Source of the DNA: Gordius albopunctatus
Lineage: Eukaryota
DNA: 64,000 nt
NCBI GenBank assembly: GCA_964276515.1
Contig: OZ193910.1
Span: forward strand, 2,046,001 to 2,110,000
Reading direction: 5' to 3'
Position 1 is the first letter of the stretch; every line of letters starts with the position of its first letter. The notes under the pieces were generated by a model that was given only the letters and a program-made list of their open reading frames with translations, was not told the origin of the DNA and did no database searches. Below are positions 53,594 through 64,000 of the stretch, piece by piece. A program made the position numbers and the translations under genes.

Positions 53594-55025
53594 TTAAAAG
53601 ACTAATTTTAATATTTAATTAAAAATTATCTGGGCTTTTAAACATGTTTTAAACTTTTTAACACTTTCAAAATTAAAATATTATTAAATTTACGAAAATT
53701 CCATCCTGGTTTCAATTTAATTGTCCATATCACATGCTTATTGTTTAACATATCTTGCATATTTTTATGTACCGCATGCACATATTAAGCCAATAGTTTT
53801 CCAAAAAATTGTTTGTACACCCTTTTTTCCCTTTATTAGTGATATCCAATCATAAGTTTGATAAATTAATATGAATAACCAATTGCTGAATTTCATACAA
53901 TTGTTAACGCATCAAAACTTTCAAGGGATAAAAATCCTAAAAAAATCATTATGTTTGTCTTTGGACGCTAAGTTGTTCTGTGCATCTCTCACATCTCTAA
54001 TTTTATCTAAAATTATCAAATAAAGCTTTGATTCATTTATTTGTGACAGAATATTTAGGTGATGTAAAGGGGGGGAGGGGGGTTGTACAAATATATCTAT
54101 AATATCAGGGGCAATAGCTTATAAATACTCATTCTTGAACGAATTTTAATTTCATAATTAATTTTTTTAAATTTAATGTTATAATTACGCCTTTTAAGGA
54201 TCACATTAAAAAGGCTTTTAAATGTTCTCATTGTTTTCTTGATATAAATGCTGCCTGCAAATGCTGCCAACATTGCATATGTAAAATTAAAATTTGTTAT
54301 ATATATGGCCAAGATTTTTGGGGTTGTGGCAATAATATTTATAAAAACTTTGTTATATAGTTTTTTAACTATTTGCATTATTTTTTAAAATGTCAACGAT
54401 TTCTTGTCAATATACCCGTTCCTCTTTGTACCCTTACAATTCATTTATACAAAACTTATTATACCATGTGAAATTTTTTATATTGTTTCAACTACATTAC
54501 TTTGTTTCATTTATGAATAAATTTTATTTATTTTATGCCCTATAAACATGAGGGGACATATTAGTGTGATGTTAATAGAAAAAATACACAAAGTAGTAGC
54601 GGAATTTTAAGTTTGTCCAACGTTCATGAGGGAAAATTTTTTTAATTGCATTTCACCCATGGTCGGATTTAGGTTTAGGATTTTTTTTTGGGGGGGGGGG
54701 GGGAACAGAAATAATTTTTATTCCTAAAGGTGTGGGTAGAAATTTTTTTGTCCCACCCCCCTAATTGACCAGCTCAGCCCCCCCCCCAAGGGAAAAAGGC
54801 TATCTACGCCACTGGTTACTACAAGCACACTTGCTCACGCCTTCCACCGCATACACAAAATAAGCTCGGTTCTTATAACATACCGCGGTAAACAAACGAA
54901 TATTTTCAAATATTGAAAGAAATTTTTTTATCTATTCCCTTATTCTAAAAGTATATCATTCTCTAAGTGGTACTGTACATTCTTTTGTATTGTTTTACAA
55001 TAATCCTTTGTTTAATATCAAATAA

Positions 55026-56859
55026 CTAGCTGTGCCCGGCCAAGCGTTGCTTTGGCTCTGTCCTTAAGTGGTTAAATAAGTATAACCTATTAATAAGACT
55101 TATCTAATATGGGGTCATATATGAAATAATATTTCAAATAAATAAAATATCCATAATATTTATTTAGAGCACGAATTTTAGCACGTCATGGATTTTATGA
55201 ACCCACTATTTTTAGTAAAATAAGATAAACAAAATGCGAATTCTGTTTTAGTCATCAAATCCGACTAAAATTAAATGTTTTTGAAAAAATTGCTGATCTA
55301 TGCTGTTACTTATTATACAATAATACCATTATTTTATTTTTCTAGTTAGCTGATTTATTTGAAATACAATTTTCTTTAATATAATAAAATAATTAATTGA
55401 AGGATGGATAATTATTAAAAATATGCTTCTATGATCGACCACGTGATAATGATTTAAATATTATTTATTTAATTTAAATAGTTTGTTAAACCCCAATAAT
55501 TTTGACCGTATACTGTAATATTTTTATTATACTTTTAAATATCTAATGCGAGAAAACTTCAGTCTTGTATGTATGACGTCATTATTGTATATGCTGCTAT
55601 AAATTAAACTAGCCGGGAAATGCCCGATATTTTTAAAACGAAAAGGTATTTTAGGAATCTGAAAAAGCTATTTTACCCCTGGCCGCCCTGGGCATCTACG
55701 GCTAAATTTTCGCGCGAATCGGGAAGGTAGTTTCAGAGATTAGCTCATACATACATACATACATACATACATACATACATACATACATACATACATACAT
55801 ACATACATACATACATACATACATACATACATACATACATACATACATACATACATACATACATACATACATACATACATACATACATACATACATACAT
55901 ACATACATACATACATACATACATACATACATACATACATACATACATACATACATACATACATACATACATACATACATACATACATACATACATACAT
56001 ACATACATACATACATACATACATACATACATACATACATACATACATACATACATACATACATACATACATACATACATACATACATACATACATACAT
56101 ACATACATACATACATACATACATACATACATACATACATACATACATACATACATACATACATACATACATACATACATACATACATACATACATACAT
56201 ACATACATACATACATACATACATACATACATACATACATACATACATACATACATACATACATACATACATACATACATACATACATACATACATACAT
56301 ACATACATACATACATACATACATACATACATACATACATACATACATACATACATACATACATACATACATACATACATACATACATACATACATACAT
56401 ACATACATACATACATACATACATACATACATACATACATACATACATACATACATACATACATACATACATACATACATACATACATACATACATACAT
56501 ACATACATACATACATACATACATACATACATACATACATACATACATACATACATACATACATACATACATACATACATACATACATACATACATACAT
56601 ACATACATACATACATACATACATACATACATACATACATACATACATACATACATACATACATACATACATACATACATACATACATACATACATACAT
56701 ACATACATACATACATACATACATACATACATACATACATACATACATACATACATACATACATACATACATACATACATACATACATACATACATACAT
56801 ACATACATACATACATACATACATACATACATACATAGACTTTACTTTATATATATAGA
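55026..56859 (-). mobile_element. Non-autonomous Helitron carrying an expanded microsatellite
   Basis: Minus strand starts A|TCTATATATATAAAG and ends with a GC-rich hairpin region and CTAG|T; no TSD. Confidence 0.8.
55746..56837. repeat. (CATA)n microsatellite, about 1.09 kb
   Basis: Apparently uninterrupted tetranucleotide run. Confidence 0.99.
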
Positions 56860-57267
56860 TATTAACTTTTAAATATTTATTTTTGTTAAGATTAAAAAGT
56901 ATAAATGAAGTATAATACGAAAATTTTGAGATTTTTAAAATTAATGACTAATGTAATGTTCCAATGACTATATAGTATATAGATAAAATTTTAATTTCTT
57001 GATCGATTGCATTGAGATTGCCCGAGAATATAGCAGATTCATTGTAAGCAATTGATACGAGTTAGTAACTTTAAAAATTTGCTCATATTCTATGTCAAAA
57101 TAAATTAACAACTCAGTGTTCCGGGTCATGCATGCATCCGTTTTCTAATGCTGATTTAAAACTTTTTAATAATTCCTTTGTTATGTTAAATGAAAGGTGG
57201 ATGGGGATTCTGAACAAATATTTTTTACAAATTTAAATTTCACGGATCGGGCTACTCGTGTCGGGCC

Positions 57268-57400
57268 TAGAGCCCTGCACGGGCCATCCGAGGCCCGGCC
57301 CGACGGGCTTTCGGGCCGGGCTCGGGCAAATTTTAAAACATTGATCGGGCATCGGGCTTGGATCGAACCTGATGGGCCAGCCCGACCCGTGGCCCGAAAA
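57268..57400 (+). mobile_element. hAT-like terminal fragment with GGCCCG subterminal repeats
   Basis: TAGAGCCCTGCAC start followed by repeated cggcccg/cgggcc; related fragment near 17883. Confidence 0.45.
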
Positions 57401-59275
57401 AAGAGTTGAATAAATATTAATCCAAAATATAATTACAATACAAAATAATCCCCCTACAAATAAATATTTAGAATTTTACTACCTCCCATATATTATTAAT
57501 TTGTTTGATTTTAAGTTTTTGATTTAGACGCGTTTCGTGTTTTTAAACCCTATTCTTACATAGAGAATATATTTAGACAATAGACTGTGTGTGTTTTATG
57601 TGTATGCCTATGTTGATATAGTTTTATAATGTATGTGAGTATGATTTATCAGGGGTAAGTTGTTAGGTTAGGAGAAAGGGAGACTTGAATCAAGAACGCA
57701 ACCCCTACATAATTTTTCAGTATTGTAATACCACAATATCATTCCCACGGTGGGTTCAGGGTTAATTTCCTTGTTTGAGCAATTTGGCTAGTGGTGGGGA
57801 AAACCTTAGGTCAGGTCATCCTTAGGTGAGGTCTTCCATATAAAAAAACCTTTTAAGAAGTATGCTTCATTTTTTATATCTTAATTTTCCGACTAAATTA
57901 TAGTGTCTAACAAAAAAAATTTATTAAGTATATATATATATATATTAAAAATAGTTGAAATAAATTTGTTTTAATAGCGAATTGCGTATATAATCTACAA
58001 ATTTTTACTCTCTAATAAATTATCATTTTGTTTGATAGAATAAAATATGCTGCCATCTATATTGTGTTATATTTTTATAACACATTTTTTAAATTCCCTG
58101 CCTATCTATGGTATTCTGTGATATACACACCTTGTATTTTTTAATAGTTCTTTTATGGACAAAGAGGGATAATTGTATGAATTTTATGTATTTTAGATTG
58201 TATAAATAGTAATACGGCCTGGCGGCACCAAAAATAAATTTACTATTTTTATATCTTAATTAAGAATTCCTCATTTAAGCAGCATAGACTTCATATTTAA
58301 GTCAATCGAGATAAAATTTTTAAGAAATTTTATTTTATTTACTAAATCTATATAACGTGACGTGATCAAATCTCGAAAAACATCATGATTAAAAAAGGAT
58401 GATATTTAAATGCACACTAATAAATTAAAAAATGTTCAGTAAAATGTGCTCAGTATTTTATGTGGGTTAACCTGTACCTCTACGGTTCGAAATTAGCGAG
58501 CGCTAACATATGGACCCAATTATCCGGGTCTTTGCTCTGCCAAGTATACCAAGCCTCGCCACTCGTTGAAATCCAGGGCCAATCATACAAGGGCACGGAG
58601 AAAACGCAATAATCCCTCTCAATTTCACAGCCAAACTGACCATTGCCCTGACAGGGGCGCCTGCAGGGGAAAAAATATACTGTTACCACCACGAAGACAC
58701 CGCGTTCGATGCCCACCTCCATTTTGTCCGATTTGTCAGCGCTCACATCCCGTGCCAAAGTGCACGCGCGGCAACACCCCCCCCCCCCCCCCGCCAAAAC
58801 ATGTTTACTCACATAAATAACGATCTAAAGGCAGTGTTTCTTTTACAGAGTCACGCTGCTCCTTCAACTCTGGCAGCTAGACAAGAAGATTCTCTCCCCC
58901 TTCCCCGATTAATATATACTATGCACGTATTGTTCAATAAAGTTTATCTTGCTAATTGCTTGTTTTGATATATTTGTGATCATGGGCGTAGTTGGCTAGC
59001 TGTAAGGTCAGACAACCTTCTAGGAAGGAACACTACCGCGTCCTTCGCTACCTCTGCCGAAGACCCCGATTATATTTTATGATTCATTTTTTAAGGGATT
59101 ATAAAATCTATAAAATATCAATATTGATTATATTTCATATATGAATTAGATATTGGTCGAGCCAATTAAATGAGTATTGCAATAAAGTACCGCCAATGTT
59201 TAAGGTGTCTTTTCTCAAAACAAAGATCCTCTCTCTTCAGCCGAGGAAATAAATATTTTGAAATACTCGGAAACT

Positions 59276-60520
59276 AACTAGCCAGGGCCTTCGCTCCTGG
59301 TGGGAAGGGAAGGGGGGAAGGAAGTGCAGGAGGGAAGGGGGAACGAAACTCATCCATACTCCGTATAAAAGTAGCGTATTTGCTATGCAATTTATGGGCG
59401 AGAAAGGTGGGAAGCAGCGAGAATGCCTATAGGGGTGGGGATTATAAAATGCAAAATGATTAGTTAATTTTATTTATACAAATATTTAAAAAGTTAAATA
59501 TTTGTAAAACCTGCTATAAAACACTTATTAATACATTATTTATTGAGGAATAGGTTTTCTTTTATTCATTCTTATTTATCAACTTCTAAATTAATCAAAA
59601 TGACAAAAGGAACGCAAATAGAGGGTATGACCTTCCTTCCAAAACGTACAACTTTCAATTTAGAGTTTTTTGATACTCTATAAATTTAAACAATTTGGTG
59701 TAGGCGACCCATAATTTGAATTATGACTATAGACTCTATTCAAATCATGCGCATATGTATAGTATAAACAAGATATTAAAAGAAACGAAAAAATTTCCAA
59801 TCAGACCTTGGCAATTGCTCATTTTTTCCATCACTTTGGCCAGTGGTCCTTTTTTTATTGGTTAGCAGACAGAAAAATAACTAGCCTATAATTATAAGGT
59901 AGAGAAAATTTTTTATCTTAATCTCACTTTGACCAATGGTCATTTTTTTCATTGTTCAGATATAAATACATAAGAGACAAAAAAAACAAAAAAAAATTTC
60001 GATTCACAATTTGGCTAATGGTCATTTTATTTATTGGTCAGCATCCAGCGGAAGGCCAAAAATTCATATTATCAATGGTATTAATAAGACCAATATATTA
60101 ATTTAAACAAAAAAAATAAAAAAATTGCCCTCTGCGGGATTCGAACCCACATCAGTAGAGGCATAGACTTTTGTAGGGGGGTGGGGCACAGGGACTCATA
60201 TCAGTAGAGAGGCATAGATCCTTCTAGGGGAGGTCATAGGGTAATTATCAATGTTAACCTAATATACCAATTCAAAAACGAAAAAAAAAAATTCGAATCA
60301 CAGTTTAGCCAATAGTCATTTTTTTATTGGTGAGTAGCCAGGACACGGCCAAAAAGTAATATTATCCATGGTATTAACAAGAACAATATATTAATTTAAT
60401 TTTAAAAAAAATTCCACTCTCCGGGTATCGAACCAACAATTTGGAACGTTCGACGGACCGACAACGGACGGACAACGGACGGACAACAAAAAGCGAGCCC
60501 ATAAATTGCATAGCAATTAA
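59276..60520 (-). mobile_element. Second DINE-1-like Helentron-associated element
   Basis: SubTIR at both ends (near 59380 and 60498), (GGAC)n microsatellite at 60452-60485, same central repeat as 42543-44470. Confidence 0.7.
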
Positions 60521-62067
60521 TAACGCTTTTATTATTATCAAAACCATTTTTTAATCTATATTTATGTAAATTATCTTGTAAATACGTAATAAATGTTTTT
60601 TAACTTTTTGCGAGTATTCTAAATAATTTGTCTACTTTTTTTATTTACTTAAATAACAGTAACTCTGAATTTTAAAGCGATTGGAAAAATCCGAAAAATA
60701 AAGTTTGACCGCCATTAGCTTTAAAAATTGAAGCTTATTTTTAAATTGGAATCCATGCTAATCCCTGCTATAAATTAGTTATTTAGCACCCTTATATTTT
60801 ATGATTTGTTTTTAAGGAATTATAAAATCTATACAATATCAATATTGATTAGATTTTAAATATCGAATGAGTACGTATTGCAATAAAGTACCTACTACCA
60901 GTGTTTAAGGTGTCTTTTCTCAAAATAAAGATCTTCTCTCTTCAGCCAAGGAACTAAATACTTTGGAATACTCAGAATTTACCTATATTATAATTTTCTG
61001 TCCCATTGCGACAACCAATATCACAACCGTTGGCCCTTAAGCCTTAAAAATTATTTTAAAAAAAATAGTGAAGCGAGTCTTTTTTTAGAAGACAGAAAAT
61101 CATCATTACTATTTGTATTTATAAACATAATTCAATAGTAATATCGGAATCTATTTCAAATATATATTTATTAAATGCTTAAATTTTTTCCTATTCATTT
61201 CCTTCATCTCACAAAATTTGTATTATTACCTTACTAAACTACAATCAAATCATTTTGATTTTGTAAAAGAACGAAAGATCTATAAATTGGCGATTAGAAA
61301 GGCAGTCTCCTGCTATATCAATGTAAAATTTATCATCAAAAAGTCATTTGTCAGCGAAATATAACTTTCTACTTTAGCTCATAAAAGTTGTGACACATTT
61401 CACGCTGTCTTCAACTTCCGTATGACAATAAATCTATTTCCTTGCTAGACAGTGAGGTTATCTGATTACTACTTTCAAGTCTAAGTTAATTGCCTATGTG
61501 TATCCTGGATAAAATTATTTTATTGCTCTTAAAAATATCTCACTGTGAATATTATTGAATTTGCTGGAAAAAGTGGGATATAATCCCATTTTATAATAAG
61601 ATTTATCATTTTATTTAAAATATTTGTGGGTTTATATTCATTGCCTATTTCATATATCTCACTGTTTTTTATGTGAATATTCTTAAATTTACTAGAAAAC
61701 CTCTAATATCATCTCCTATTTTATAATGAGTTTTATAACTTTATGAAAGTATTTTTGGGTTTATATTCGTTTTTTAAAGCATTTTTAAGAGCGTTGAATC
61801 GATAAAAATTTTATAAAGGTGGTAGGCAGTTCATTTGGAGATCAAAGTTTAATATTTCTAAGAAATTTCCATTTTTTTAAATTAGGTTGGAGAACTGTTG
61901 CTTCTCATGAGAAACTTACATTTTCCTTTAAGTTATGATTGCAATGTGTATAGGTGGCAGTATTAATAAATAAAATTAATATATATTATTAAACAAAGAA
62001 GTAAATTATTATCGTTATCATATGTTATGGTTATATCATCAGCTAAGGATTTATTGAATTGACAAGT

Positions 62068-63706
62068 TTATTTGTGTTCCATTTTCCCCTGTGGAGTTCC
62101 ATATGGCCATACCTGATTTCGAAATAAATTACAGTATTAATAAAGGATAATCCTAATGTTTTTCATTTATGCAGGGGCATAGCCAACATGACGATTAGAG
62201 AGGGGGGCATAATGATTTGTAGGAGCAAAATGACCATTTTATTTTTGGAAATTTCAGCCATAATTCTAATAAATTTCAACAATTTTTTGGATTTAGAGGG
62301 GCAGCCGCCCCTCCCTGCCCCCCCCCCCAACTACGGCCATGATTTAGCTGAAAAAGGTTTACTTTTGGTTATAAATAATTATTTTTTGATGATCCAATAA
62401 AAAATATGTTTTTCGTTCGATTTCTATAGGACTCGATCTATTTCCACAATATAAAAGTTATATTATTAAAAATAATAGACTCAGCCTAAATTGCACTTTT
62501 TAAACTCAGAATCTCGCATTTTAATTACAAATAAAAATTTTAAAAATTGCAATTGGAAATTTTATTACTATTTAAAATTATGAATAGGAGAATAAAATTT
62601 GATATATTTTTTGCTTTTTATTTTCTATATTTCCCTATCTCCCATCTACACCCAATATTCCTTAAAATTCTACATAACTCAAATAGCTTAATGATTTTTC
62701 GAAATTCAACAAAAATTACCACAAAAACATTAAAACGAATCAACACTTTTTATCATGATATTTTTTAAAATTACTGGCAACCAGTGTTAATAATTCAAAT
62801 TGGTGAAGTTTCGTAGGTATTATTAATTATATTCATTTTAACACTTTTTGAATTTTAGATTGCCAAAGCAGGGGCTGGTTCAAGAAACTGTTTAATTGCA
62901 AAAGATATATACTATTATATTTTTCATCTAGAAGTTAAATAAATTTTAAAAATAGTTTTAAAAAAATATATAAATTTAATCGTTTTTTGGGGGGGGGGGT
63001 AACTCACTATGGAAAGAGGATGCATAAGTGATTTCATATTATCGGTCGCAAAATCCATAGGTTGTAAATCTTTGATTACTCCGGCATATTCATTACTATT
63101 TAATTGAGAAGGGGTTAAACCACGTGTTACAGTGGTCGTCATTTCGTCCAATTGTCGCTTCAGATCCGTTTGAATTGACCGGACGTTTGGAATTTCAATC
63201 GAATTTTCTGGAACATCTTCTGTAAGGATTGACCTTAAATGAGCTATATAACTAGATGCCAACCTCAGGGTATCTAATTTTGACAGTTTTGTATCGAGAG
63301 GGACCCAAGGTAAAGTCGTTTTGAGGCGAACAAAAGCTTTACTCAAAACTCTCATTCTAGCTCTTTCACGAGCGTTAGCTGCATTTCTTTGTACTGGATT
63401 CAATTCCTTCGACGAATTACCTTCATTTTCCAAAGGTTTTTGGTTACTTTCTCCTAAGTAGTAATTCTGCTGAGTCGCTTCAAAATCGCCAAAATAATGT
63501 ATGGAATTTGGTGATTGATAAGAATTCAAATTTTCCTGGAAGTGCTGAGAAGCTTCTCGAAATTCATTCTTTTTTAAGGGTAAAGACTTCATCACTTTAT
63601 CTCGAATTTTCCTTTTAGCACCCGACAATGCCGAATTGTCGTATTTTTGCACTTTAAAATGTTTGTATTTCACCTCGGAATCTAACTTAATATCGAAGGA
63701 ATTCAT
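62068..63706 (-). CDS. bHLH transcription factor of the TCF21/musculin (MyoR, HLH54F) family; exons 63008-63706 and 62068-62112, about 247 aa
   Basis: [52 protein letters not shown]; donor GTGAGT after MHPLSI joins a CAG acceptor giving VWPYG..., matching the family HPxxxxWP motif. Confidence 0.92.
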
Positions 63707-64000
63707 TATAAATCGACTCTAAAGATTGGATAAAGATTTAATTAGTTTTTACTAATCATCTTAGCTATAATCTTTAATCTATGCCTGCCACTCATTATTG
63801 ACGTGGATCAGATTGACTGTAAAGGATCCGTGGAATCGATTAAACTAATGCATTAGTTTTGAAATTAGAGTAGACATTAGCGAGCCAGGGACATCAAAAT
63901 TCTACTATGTTTAATTACTTTTCAGTTGTTGTATACTTTCAAGAACTTGACATCATTTAATGTTTGCGATAGGTCTAAGTTGATATTATTTTGTTTTGAT

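Noticed and set aside
55702..56836. Three long MYVC-repeat ORFs
   Set aside because: Translation artefact of the (TATG)n microsatellite.
62005..62050. CTGATGA on the minus strand as a fourth hammerhead (also plus strand near 29782)
   Set aside because: No stem II followed by GAAA.
62924..63007. C-terminal tail of the 260-aa bHLH ORF
   Set aside because: Intronic; a GTGAGT donor splices to the WP-motif exon at 62112.

Overview
AT-rich, intron-containing animal (invertebrate-like) genomic window; the species cannot be determined from the sequence. Host genes reconstructed by hand from GT-AG junctions: NDUFB7 (2 exons), NEMF/Rqc2 (about 20 exons, 10614-25074), an unrecognised multi-exon secreted prohormone-like gene that the ORF track mostly misses (27049 to about 30529), a tail-to-tail pair of serpin pseudogenes inside a ~2 kb inverted duplication (partly duplicated again across a 200-N gap), and a TCF21/MSC-family bHLH gene (minus strand). 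Transposons are dense and often nested: two Ty3/gypsy elements, two RTE LINEs with TSDs, hAT remnants and MITEs, PIF- and mariner-type MITEs, DINE-1-like Helentron derivatives, and a Helitron carrying a 1.1 kb (TATG)n tract. The most notable unannotated signal is three copies of a ~120 bp repeat holding a minimal type I hammerhead ribozyme. Two copies are direct repeats 883 nt apart around a hAT fragment (retrozyme/Penelope-like), and two sit in the arms of the serpin palindrome. All family calls rest on motif recognition, not database searches.
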